From NCBI GenBank assembly GCA_040954595.2, contig CM082594.2:7695573-7759572 (forward strand): a stretch of 64,000 nucleotides of DNA, written 5' to 3'. The notes under the pieces are model-generated. The model saw only the letters and a list, made by a program, of their open reading frames with translations, was not told the origin of the DNA and searched no databases. A program made the position numbers and the translations under genes. The stretch is from Balanoglossus misakiensis (Eukaryota; Animalia; Hemichordata). Below are positions 31,801 to 63,135 of the stretch, one piece after another (positions within the stretch are counted from its first letter, which is position 1; every line of letters starts with the position of its first letter).

Positions 31801-34800
31801 GTCCAAAAATGACAATTTTTCGACTTCCCGGCATTTCAAAATTTGGTCGATTTTTGACAAAAACCATGGGTTATAGCTCAGGAAATCGTCCAAAAATGAC
31901 AATTTTTCGACTTCCCGGCATTTCAAAATTTGGTCGATTTTTGACAAAAACCATGGGTTATAGCTCAGGAAATCGTCCAAAAATGACAATTTTTCGACTT
32001 CCCGGCATTTCAAAATTTGGTCGATTTTTGACAAAAACCATGGGTTATAGCTCAGGAAATCGTCCAAAAATGACAATTTTTCGACTTCCCGGCATTTCAA
32101 AATTTGGTCGATTTTTGACAAAAACCATGGGTTATAGCTCAGGAAATCGTCCAAAAATGACAATTTTTCGACTTCCCGGCATTTCAAAATTTGGTCGATT
32201 TTTGACAAAAACCATGGGTTATAGCTCAGGAAATCGTCCAAAAATGACAATTTTTCGACTTCCCGGCATTTCAAAATTTGGTCGATTTTTGACAAAAACC
32301 ATGGGTTATAGCTCAGGAAATCGTCCAAAAATGACAATTTTTCGACTTCCCGGCATTTCAAAATTTGGTCGATTTTTGACAAAAACCATGGGTTATAGCT
32401 CAGGAAATCGTCCAAAAATGACAATTTTTCGACTTCCCGGCATTTCAAAATTTGGTCGATTTTTGACAAAAACCATGGGTTATAGCTCAGGAAATCGTCC
32501 AAAAATGACAATTTTTCGACTTCCCGGCATTTCAAAATTTGGTCGATTTTTGACAAAAACCATGGGTTATAGCTCAGGAAATCGTCCAAAAATGACAATT
32601 TTTCGACTTCCCGGCATTTCAAAATTTGGTCGATTTTTGACAAAAACCATGGGTTATAGCTCAGGAAATCGTCCAAAAATGACAATTTTTCGACTTCCCG
32701 GCATTTCAAAATTTGGTCGATTTTTGACAAAAACCATGGGTTATAGCTCAGGAAATCGTCCAAAAATGACAATTTTTCGACTTCCCGGCATTTCAAAATT
32801 TGGTCGATTTTTGACAAAAACCATGGGTTATAGCTCAGGAAATCGTCCAAAAATGACAATTTTTCGACTTCCCGGCATTTCAAAATTTGGTCGATTTTTG
32901 ACAAAAACCATGGGTTATAGCTCAGGAAATCGTCCAAAAATGACAATTTTTCGACTTCCCGGCATTTCAAAATTTGGTCGATTTTTGACAAAAACCATGG
33001 GTTATAGCTCAGGAAATCGTCCAAAAATGACAATTTTTCGACTTCCCGGCATTTCAAAATTTGGTCGATTTTTGACAAAAACCATGGGTTATAGCTCAGG
33101 AAATCGTCCAAAAATGACAATTTTTCGACTTCCCGGCATTTCAAAATTTGGTCGATTTTTGACAAAAACCATGGGTTATAGCTCAGGAAATCGTCCAAAA
33201 ATGACAATTTTTCGACTTCCCGGCATTTCAAAATTTGGTCGATTTTTGACAAAAACCATGGGTTATAGCTCAGGAAATCGTCCAAAAATGACAATTTTTC
33301 GACTTCCCGGCATTTCAAAATTTGGTCGATTTTTGACAAAAACCATGGGTTATAGCTCAGGAAATCGTCCAAAAATGACAATTTTTCGACTTCCCGGCAT
33401 TTCAAAATTTGGTCGATTTTTGACAAAAACCATGGGTTATAGCTCAGGAAATCGTCCAAAAATGACAATTTTTCGACTTCCCGGCATTTCAAAATTTGGT
33501 CGATTTTTGACAAAAACCATGGGTTATAGCTCAGGAAATCGTCCAAAAATGACAATTTTTCGACTTCCCGGCATTTCAAAATTTGGTCGATTTTTGACAA
33601 AAACCATGGGTTATAGCTCAGGAAATCGTCCAAAAATGACAATTTTTCGACTTCCCGGCATTTCAAAATTTGGTCGATTTTTGACAAAAACCATGGGTTA
33701 TAGCTCAGGAAATCGTCCAAAAATGACAATTTTTCGACTTCCCGGCATTTCAAAATTTGGTCGATTTTTGACAAAAACCATGGGTTATAGCTCAGGAAAT
33801 CGTCCAAAAATGACAATTTTTCGACTTCCCGGCATTTCAAAATTTGGTCGATTTTTGACAAAAACCATGGGTTATAGCTCAGGAAATCGTCCAAAAATGA
33901 CAATTTTTCGACTTCCCGGCATTTCAAAATTTGGTCGATTTTTGACAAAAACCATGGGTTATAGCTCAGGAAATCGTCCAAAAATGACAATTTTTCGACT
34001 TCCCGGCATTTCAAAATTTGGTCGATTTTTGACAAAAACCATGGGTTATAGCTCAGGAAATCGTCCAAAAATGACAATTTTTCGACTTCCCGGCATTTCA
34101 AAATTTGGTCGATTTTTGACAAAAACCATGGGTTATAGCTCAGGAAATCGTCCAAAAATGACAATTTTTCGACTTCCCGGCATTTCAAAATTTGGTCGAT
34201 TTTTGACAAAAACCATGGGTTATAGCTCAGGAAATCGTCCAAAAATGACAATTTTTCGACTTCCCGGCATTTCAAAATTTGGTCGATTTTTGACAAAAAC
34301 CATGGGTTATAGCTCAGGAAATCGTCCAAAAATGACAATTTTTCGACTTCCCGGCATTTCAAAATTTGGTCGATTTTTGACAAAAACCATGGGTTATAGC
34401 TCAGGAAATCGTCCAAAAATGACAATTTTTCGACTTCCCGGCATTTCAAAATTTGGTCGATTTTTGACAAAAACCATGGGTTATAGCTCAGGAAATCGTC
34501 CAAAAATGACAATTTTTCGACTTCCCGGCATTTCAAAATTTGGTCGATTTTTGACAAAAACCATGGGTTATAGCTCAGGAAATCGTCCAAAAATGACAAT
34601 TTTTCGACTTCCCGGCATTTCAAAATTTGGTCGATTTTTGACAAAAACCATGGGTTATAGCTCAGGAAATCGTCCAAAAATGACAATTTTTCGACTTCCC
34701 GGCATTTCAAAATTTGGTCGATTTTTGACAAAAACCATGGGTTATAGCTCAGGAAATCGTCCAAAAATGACAATTTTTCGACTTCCCGGCATTTCAAAAT

Positions 34801-37800
34801 TTGGTCGATTTTTGACAAAAACCATGGGTTATAGCTCAGGAAATCGTCCAAAAATGACAATTTTTCGACTTCCCGGCATTTCAAAATTTGGTCGATTTTT
34901 GACAAAAACCATGGGTTATAGCTCAGGAAATCGTCCAAAAATGACAATTTTTCGACTTCCCGGCATTTCAAAATTTGGTCGATTTTTGACAAAAACCATG
35001 GGTTATAGCTCAGGAAATCGTCCAAAAATGACAATTTTTCGACTTCCCGGCATTTCAAAATTTGGTCGATTTTTGACAAAAACCATGGGTTATAGCTCAG
35101 GAAATCGTCCAAAAATGACAATTTTTCGACTTCCCGGCATTTCAAAATTTGGTCGATTTTTGACAAAAACCATGGGTTATAGCTCAGGAAATCGTCCAAA
35201 AATGACAATTTTTCGACTTCCCGGCATTTCAAAATTTGGTCGATTTTTGACAAAAACCATGGGTTATAGCTCAGGAAATCGTCCAAAAATGACAATTTTT
35301 CGACTTCCCGGCATTTCAAAATTTGGTCGATTTTTGACAAAAACCATGGGTTATAGCTCAGGAAATCGTCCAAAAATGACAATTTTTCGACTTCCCGGCA
35401 TTTCAAAATTTGGTCGATTTTTGACAAAAACCATGGGTTATAGCTCAGGAAATCGTCCAAAAATGACAATTTTTCGACTTCCCGGCATTTCAAAATTTCG
35501 TCGATTTTTGACAAAAACCATGGGTTATAGCTCAGGAAATCGTCCAAAAATGACAATTTTTCGACTTCCCGGCATTTCAAAATTTCGTCGATTTTTGACA
35601 AAAACCATGGGTTATAGCTCAGGAAATCGTCCAAAAATGACAATTTTTCGACTTCCCGGCATTTCAAAATTTGGTCGATTTTTGACAAAAACCATGGGTT
35701 ATAGCTCAGGAAATCGTCCAAAAATGACAATTTTTCGACTTCCCGGCATTTCAAAATTTGGTCGATTTTTGACAAAAACCATGGGTTATAGCTCAGGAAA
35801 TCGTCCAAAAATGACAATTTTTCGACTTCCCGGCATTTCAAAATTTGGTCGATTTTTGACAAAAACCATGGGTTATAGCTCAGGAAATCGTCCAAAAATG
35901 ACAATTTTTCGACTTCCCGGCATTTCAAAATTTGGTCGATTTTTGACAAAAACCATGGGTTATAGCTCAGGAAATCGTCCAAAAATGACAATTTTTCGAC
36001 TTCCCGGCATTTCAAAATTTGGTCGATTTTTGACAAAAACCATGGGTTATAGCTCAGGAAATCGTCCAAAAATGACAATTTTTCGACTTCCCGGCATTTC
36101 AAAATTTGGTCGATTTTTGACAAAAACCATGGGTTATAGCTCAGGAAATCGTCCAAAAATGACAATTTTTCGACTTCCCGGCATTTCAAAATTTCGTCGA
36201 TTTTTGACAAAAACCATGGGTTATAGCTCAGGAAATCGTCCAAAAATGACAATTTTTCGACTTCCCGGCATTTCAAAATTTGGTCGATTTTTGACAAAAA
36301 CCATGGGTTATAGCTCAGGAAATCGTCCAAAAATGACAATTTTTCGACTTCCCGGCATTTCAAAATTTGGTCGATTTTTGACAAAAACCATGGGTTATAG
36401 CTCAGGAAATCGTCCAAAAATGACAATTTTTCGACTTCCCGGCATTTCAAAATTTGGTCGATTTTTGACAAAAACCATGGGTTATAGCTCAGGAAATCGT
36501 CCAAAAATGACAATTTTTCGACTTCCCGGCATTTCAAAATTTGGTCGATTTTTGACAAAAACCATGGGTTATAGCTCAGGAAATCGTCCAAAAATGACAA
36601 TTTTTCGACTTCCCGGCATTTCAAAATTTGGTCGATTTTTGACAAAAACCATGGGTTATAGCTCAGGAAATCGTCCAAAAATGACAATTTTTCGACTTCC
36701 CGGCATTTCAAAATTTGGTCGATTTTTGACAAAAACCATGGGTTATAGCTCAGGAAATCGTCCAAAAATGACAATTTTTCGACTTCCCGGCATTTCAAAA
36801 TTTGGTCGATTTTTGACAAAAACCATGGGTTATAGCTCAGGAAATCGTCCAAAAATGACAATTTTTCGACTTCCCGGCATTTCAAAATTTGGTCGATTTT
36901 TGACAAAAACCATGGGTTATAGCTCAGGAAATCGTCCAAAAATGACAATTTTTCGACTTCCCGGCATTTCAAAATTTGGTCGATTTTTGACAAAAACCAA
37001 GGGTTATAGCTCAGGAAATCGTCCAAAAATGACAATTTTTCGACTTCCCGGCATTTCAAAATTTGGTCGATTTTTGACAAAAACCATGGGTTATAGCTCA
37101 GGAAATCGTCCAAAAATGACAATTTTTCGACTTCCCGGCATTTCAAAATTTGGTCGATTTTTGACAAAAACCATGGGTTATAGCTCAGGAAATCGTCCAA
37201 AAATGACAATTTTTCGACTTCCCGGCATTTCAAAATTTGGTCGATTTTTGACAAAAACCATGGGTTATAGCTCAGGAAATCGTCCAAAAATGACAATTTT
37301 TCGACTTCCCGGCATTTCAAAATTTGGTCGATTTTTGACAAAAACCATGGGTTATAGCTCAGGAAATCGTCCAAAAATGACAATTTTTCGACTTCCCGGC
37401 ATTTCAAAATTTGGTCGATTTTTGACAAAAACCATGGGTTATAGCTCAGGAAATCGTCCAAAAATGACAATTTTTCGACTTCCCGGCATTTCAAAATTTC
37501 GTCGATTTTTGACAAAAACCATGGGTTATAGCTCAGGAAATCGTCCAAAAATGACAATTTTTCGACTTCCCGGCATTTCAAAATTTGGTCGATTTTTGAC
37601 AAAAACCATGGGTTATAGCTCAGGAAATCGTCCAAAAATGACAATTTTTCGACTTCCCGGCATTTCAAAATTTGGTCGATTTTTGACAAAAACCATGGGT
37701 TATAGCTCAGGAAATCGTCCAAAAATGACAATTTTTCGACTTCCCGGCATTTCAAAATTTGGTCGATTTTTGACAAAAACCATGGGTTATAGCTCAGGAA

Positions 37801-39069
37801 ATCGTCCAAAAATGACAATTTTTCGACTTCCCGGCATTTCAAAATTTGGTCGATTTTTGACAAAAACCATGGGTTATAGCTCAGGAAATCGTCCAAAAAT
37901 GACAATTTTTCGACTTCCCGGCATTTCAAAATTTGGTCGATTTTTGACAAAAACCATGGGTTATAGCTCAGGAAATCGTCCAAAAATGACGATTTTTCGA
38001 CTTCCCGGCATTTCAAAATTTGGTCGATTTTTGACAAAAACCATGGGTTATAGCTCAGGAAATCGTCCAAAAATGACGATTTTTCGACTTCCCGGCATTT
38101 CGAAATTTGGTCGATTTTTGACAAAAACCATGGGTTATAGCTCAGGAAATCGTCCAAAAATGACGATTTTTCGACTTCCCGGCATTTCGAAATTTGGTCG
38201 ATTTTTGACAAAAACCATGGGTTATAGCTCAGGAAATCGTCCAAAAATGACGATTTTTCGACTTCCCGGCATTTCAAAATTTGGTCGATTTTTGACAAAA
38301 ACCATGGGTTATAGCTCAGGAAATCGTCCAAAAATGACGATTTTTCGACTTCCCGGCATTTCAAAATTTGGTCGATTTTTGACAAAAACCATGGGTTATA
38401 GCTCAGGAAATCGTCCAAAAATGACGATTTTTCGACTTCCCGGCATTTCGAAATTTGGTCGATTTTTGACAAAAACCATGGGTTATAGCTCAGGAAATCG
38501 TCCAAAAATGACGATTTTTCGACTTCCCGGCATTTCGAAATTTGGTCGATTTTTGACAAAAACCATGGGTTATAGCTCAGGAAATCGTCCAAAAATGACG
38601 ATTTTTCGACTTCCCGGCATTTCAAAATTTGGTCGATTTTTGACAAAAACCATGGGTTATAGCTCAGGAAATCGTCCAAAAATGACGATTTTTCGACTTC
38701 CCGGCATTTCAAAATTTGGTAGATTTTTGACAAAAACCATGGGTTATAGCTCAGGAAATCGTCCAAAAATGACGATTTTTCGACTTCCCGGCATTTCGAA
38801 ATTTGGTCGATTTTTGACAAAAACCATGGGTTATAGCTCAGGAAATCGTCCAAAAATGACGATTTTTCGACTTCCCGGCATTTCAAAATTTCGTCGATTT
38901 TTGACAAAAACCATGGGTTATAGCTCAGGAAATCGTTTTTTCGACTTCCCGGCATTTCAAAATTTCGTCGATTTTTGACAAAAACCATGGGTTATAAAAA
39001 CCATGGGTTATAGCTCATGAAAATCATCAGAAAATGACAATTTTTCGACTTTGCGAATTTTCAAAATTT
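25871..39069. repeat. Tandem array (satellite) of an 87-bp monomer, ~150 copies
   Basis: Monomer atgacaatttttcgacttcccggcatttcaaaatttggtcgatttttgacaaaaaccatgggttatagctcaggaaatcgtccaaaa repeated head-to-tail. It contains A/T tracts, one NcoI (CCATGG) and one MspI/HpaII (CCGG) site per unit. The first and last units are an identical 58-bp variant. Confidence 0.99.
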
Positions 39070-40316
39070 CATAACCTATGAAAAATGCCTAAAGATGACA
39101 AAATCCCCGAAGTTCACAAATTCGGGAATTCGTCACTTTTTCACTTTTCATGAGCATCAAACAATAAAGATAAGAAGCCAGTACATTCTTTTGAATTCAT
39201 AACAATTGTTTATTTTCAATATACTGTTCACTAAAAAAATTACACAAAAAGAAATTGCTACTTTTTTGCTATGTCTTAGCTATTTATCAAAATCACAGTT
39301 TAACTATTCCATTCAAAACTATTTACGACTAAGTCAAAAAGACCATTTGGAAGTTTAAAAAACCATGTTGTACATTGTCAGAAACTAAACTATAGAAGCG
39401 CAGTATAAATCTTTTACAAACGCACAATAGCAGATTGCAAGGTTTTGAAAAGGGGAGATGTATTTTAAAACTGTTTTCTAGAAATAAACAATACCTAAGG
39501 TCATCATTTTGCAGCAAAGTTACAAAACAATTTCCATCTGAAAAGTTATACTAAAGAGAGAAAATCACAGCTCTGGTGATTTTTTTATGGATTAAACTGA
39601 TGGTTTATAAATTGACTGTGTTTTTATCAAATTACAAAGGAATATCAAGATTTCTAAAACGCCCACCAGATCAAACAATGGTTGAACACAATCAGGGTTG
39701 TTGGTGTTTTGTAATTAATTTTGCGAAGTTTATTATTAAGTGGATATTGTGTCGATATACCCAAAATCTGGAGAAATTTGACTATAGCTTACAAAAATTA
39801 CACTGATGCCCGGTTTGAAATTTTGTACAATCTGCTGTCAGAAAAAAAGTGAAGGAAATGAAATTGTATGTCAGTACTTTGACAAAGTTTGACAGATCAT
39901 GGCAAAGTGGGGGTAGAGAACAACATCGAACACAAAACAAACGGGCAGCTTCAATGCAGTCAAATGACGAGTTCTGACATTGAAAAACTTCCTCCCCAAC
40001 AAACCAAGATTTGGGGTGGGGGGGTGGGGGGATACAGTTATTACACACAGCATTTCAGCTTCAGAGTCTGTGATTCAACTTCTATCAATATTTGTCCAAG
40101 AGACACACACATCCATTTTATTGCTTGACTAGTTTTTTAAAACAACCACCTGTAGTTCAGAGCTTGGGCATCACCCCAACTGACATTTTCACGTCCTTCT
40201 ATCCAAGACAAATTTTGAATCATATCCAAAGGTGACTAACACAGATGAAATCCCCACAAAAAATGAAGATGCTCACTGATTTGAAGTGTTCAAAGCTCTT
40301 GCTGATAACCAGCAAC

Positions 40317-40896
40317 CTGATGAATCATGGGAAAAACAAAATGGCTGCCAATTACTGATGAATCATTAGTCTCGGTTACCCAGACGCCTTTGCTTCTTCC
40401 GATGCTCTCCAGAAAAGGGTCTGGGGAAATGCTATTGAAAGCTTTGTAAAACAAAATGGCCGATGTCAGGATTTTGATCATCGCCTGATTGGCTGAGCTG
40501 TCAGTATGACCCGGGTCACTGACTGTCGACAATGTGTGATTATTTGTCGTATCTTCATATCAAGAGACCGGTACTTGTTGGTTGATGCGAAAGGCAAAAG
40601 GCGTCCTTTGTTAGCATTGTTGGAGAAATTATATGAAATATCTTTGGTAGACGATTGTCGAAACTATTGCAGTGACCCGGGTCATACTGACAGCTCAGCC
40701 AATCAGGCGATGATCAAAATCCTGACATCGGCCATTTTGTTTTACAAAGCTTTCAATAGCATTTCCCCAGACCCTTTTCTGGAGAGCATCGGAAGAAGCA
40801 AAGGCGTCTGGGTAACCGAGACTAATGAATCATGGGAAAAACAAAATGGCTGCCATTTACTGATGAATCATGGGAAAACTAAAATGGCTGCCATTA
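40317..40896 (+). repeat. Three-copy ~38-bp tandem repeat, with the second unit interrupted by a transposon insertion
   Basis: ctgatgaatcatgggaaaaacaaaatggctgcca(a/t)tta starts at 40317, at 40355 (split at atgaatcat) and at 40860. Confidence 0.85.
40367..40824. mobile_element. 458-bp non-autonomous foldback DNA transposon/MITE with 155-bp TIRs and a 9-bp TSD
   Basis: 40367-40521 (tagtctcggttacccagacg...gggtcactg) is the reverse complement of 40670-40824; 148-bp spacer; direct repeat ATGAATCAT at 40358-40366 and 40825-40833. Confidence 0.93.
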
Positions 40897-43800
40897 AAAG
40901 AAAAGAAAATCAAAAGTATAACTGTACACATTACAACAACCTGGTATGCGCAAAAGTCTTGGTAAAAGATTACAATCATAGACAACTTAAAATTATAATA
41001 GCTTAAAATGTTTAGATAACTAAAATAACAGCCAAAGAGGCTCTTGAGATCTGTACAATTACTTCAGTACAATAATAAAAGACTTAAAGCAGCAAATTTG
41101 AGGACAGGCTCACATTATGTTGCAGCAATAGAAAATGTACACAGTGACAGATTTCTGATGTGACGTATGAGGGCGCCCTCCGCTACGTTCACAGCAAATT
41201 TTTCAAGTACACACCAGATGTATCACTGAAAGTCGTGTGAAGACAAACACACAATCTTATTAACGGTTTCTTTGTGAAGGGAACGTGCTGCAATGAAGTG
41301 TTTCATTTCATCTGTACCGTAACAGCCAAAATGTGATCTCGCCAGCTATAAATACAGCCTAGAAAAGTGCAGATATTGTGCAGGCTCGATCAAGTTAAAT
41401 GTACAATGTAATTCAAAGTTTATATTCGAAGCTGTCTCTCTGGATGCACCGCTTTGGGATTTTATGCGAATGTCCAAAGTTCTAATTTCAGTGGCAATTG
41501 TTTCACAAAACATAAAAGTGATTTTTTCCAGTCAAACAAGAACTGGACAGCAACTAATAGATCTCTATCGGTGGGGATCTTTTCACTAAAAATGCCACTA
41601 TGACATTTACACTGAAGCAAGTCTGGCTACATTTTGCCAAAATAATGACAGATGACACAAATAATTACATGTAAAACATCTCAATGACTGACATATTTTG
41701 CAAATTTATACCTGATTCAAAAGTCCATTTGACACAACCATCTCACACAACACAAACACTGAAGTAGAAATGATTAATACTAGTAATTTTGTTGTAAAGG
41801 ATATACAGTGTACCTTCTCACATTTCTGGGTCATACAATAATTCTAAAATGCGTCCAAATTGACTGAAATTATCCATAAGCCACGTGATAGCAAAATTAA
41901 AAATAAATGTGCATACACTACACCTCTTACTGGTTATTACACATGAAGTTGCCAACTTCAAAGCACTGAATAAAATCATTTTCCTCACAAAATAATTTAG
42001 ACAGTTGCTTTTTACTTCTTTGCAAATATTACCTTTTGTAATGACAATCAAGCCTGTTTTGATGCAAAGAAAGTTTAAAAACTTGGAAATATGACAGCAA
42101 AACACAACAGATTAAAAATATTAGGTGATTCTTGTTTCAAAGTTGCAGCATAGTTCATGGAGAATTAATTGGTAAAAGCTAAAAAACAACAACACAGTGG
42201 ATGTGCAATCAAAAAGCAATCAAATCATTTGTATGCATTAATTGATAAACTTTCCTTTCCAAATATTAAAATTTGAGCAGGGATATCTCAAATGAAATTA
42301 GGCAAAGTTTTAGAAGCTCACAACAAATATATTCACACCATATGAGCAGAATTTTTTTATGAGTTGGAAATTCAACACTAGGTGGCGTACTTCACCTCTT
42401 GGAAGTTGTAGATTCGACACCAAATGTTGCAGAAACCTCAACTGGGCTTTGAAATGTGACAAGCAGCCGGCTGGCCAATTTATTACGGAAGAGATTACCA
42501 AATTATTTTTGATTCTGGTTAGAAGCCTGACAATTAAGTGATTTATTTTTTACAGCGAACAGGCCAGCAAAAAATCCTGTTGAAGGAATTGAAACTGTGT
42601 TCAGTCGAGTCTCGGGGTACTGAGAATTAGGTGACCCTGAGAAAGGTGATGAGATGAAGCACCGTGCGATGATGTCTTTTAAGATTCCATTTAGACAATT
42701 GATTTTTTATAAAGAGCTGTCCTCACAGAATATTATTATGTATGCAATAGACAGAAGACTGGTAACTGTAAGAAATGTGCCTTTCTGCAGCAGGTAATAA
42801 TTTCTGTCCTAAGACGCAGAAACTTGGAAAATGACGTGTGCTACATATATTGTTTGCAATTAAATGTTGTGCATGGTCAGCTGCTGTAATTAGTAAAACC
42901 TGTCCCCTTTTCTTCTGGAATGGACTCTGCCATAAATATTATATTAAAGGGAGGCTGAAACCAACACTACTGTCTAATGGGGGTGTACAGGCTTACAACT
43001 CGACAAAGCACAAGGCCAGGTGGGTTAGAAAGATATGAGAAAATTATCACCATACGGTGTTGCCACCGGACAAATGAACATGTACAAAACTACATTGTAC
43101 ACGCCAAAATGACACGGTTGTTAAAATGTTGATGACAATTTCATTAATAATAGGTTTCAGTTTACGATGTGAAGAAAAATATTAAACATGACAGCCAGTA
43201 TTAACACACGTTAAAACCAGCATGGATACAACCTTTACAGAAATTAAAAAAAAAAACTCATCTTGAGAAATAAAATGTCCATTGCTAAAAACTTTCAATA
43301 TCGTCAGACAGTATTTCTCTTCGTCTTTTACTCTGGTCTGCAAAACCGCTCCTCTGGTCATTATCTCAAAGAAGGGGTCGCTTCTTTCTTTTCTTTGAAC
43401 AGTTTCAGCCTGCAAAGCTTTCCATAGGGTTATGCCTCACAGTGCATGTTAGTCAAAGAGTTTAAAACCTAAAAGAGAGAAAAATACACTTGTAAGTTTT
43501 GGTGTGTACATTCATATATGCCTCGGTTTTCAACTCCATCTGGGAAATTACAGATGCCACGCAGTGAAGTCACTCTCGCACAAACACAAAATGTCACCAC
43601 GTTTTAGTAATCACAGCACAGAGCAGCAAAAATACTATTCTATGTTTAGTACTGTTAATAAAACAACAGAATGATTGAATATATTAGATTCACTGGATTT
43701 TGGAAAGTGTTTGAGAGAAGAAAGGAATGACAACGATGGGTTGAGTATCACTGTTATCTCATGATGCTTTCCGTTCAACCTCTTCCCATCCCTTCTGTAA

Positions 43801-44217
43801 TTTGCTTTTGATAATTTATCTGATTATTTTCCCCCAAAAATCAAAGCAGATCAAGGTATGAAGGTAAATACAACCATTTGTTTGATTTCTATAATGGAGA
43901 TTTCGCTTAGAGAGAACACAGGTTGAGGCTTGAGCACCCGTACATACAGAAATTCTATCAATATTTATCATCTCTAAAAATTTGCGAACAAAACATTGAT
44001 TTGATAATACTCTGCTGTTTTTATCTACCGTGCCAAAAACAAATATTTACAACAAAATGTGACCAACACAGACGACACGATACTTGACATGCAACATTGC
44101 CCAAACCTGAAACTCTGAATGGAAGAATTATTTCAAGGGGTTAGTCATGAGAGAGATGGAAATATGCATGCAGGTGGACTTTCTAAGTTCAGATTGTCAG
44201 AAGTATTTTGGGGGGTT

Positions 44218-44249
<32 letters not shown>

Positions 44250-44335
44250 ATTCAAGCGATAGATCACTAATGGGGACTAGTGTATTTTCTTACAGCAGCG
44301 GTATAATTTTTTTTTGTTTTCAGCCATTGTTGAAC

Positions 44336-63135
<18,800 letters not shown>

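Noticed and set aside
25893-38988. Annotating the two ~4350-aa ORFs as real protein-coding genes
   Set aside because: They follow directly from an 87-bp (multiple of 3) monomer without stops in two frames; no unique domain, splice structure or third-position divergence. Kept only as a hypothesis under findings.
25871-39069. CRISPR array
   Set aside because: There are no unique spacers, the whole 87-bp unit repeats, the context is eukaryotic and no cas genes are present.
40290-41006. ORFs 40290-40532 (-) and 40506-41006 (+) sharing the peptide SDPGHTDSSANQAMIKIL...
   Set aside because: Artefact of the 155-bp inverted repeats of the foldback element; no transposase motifs.
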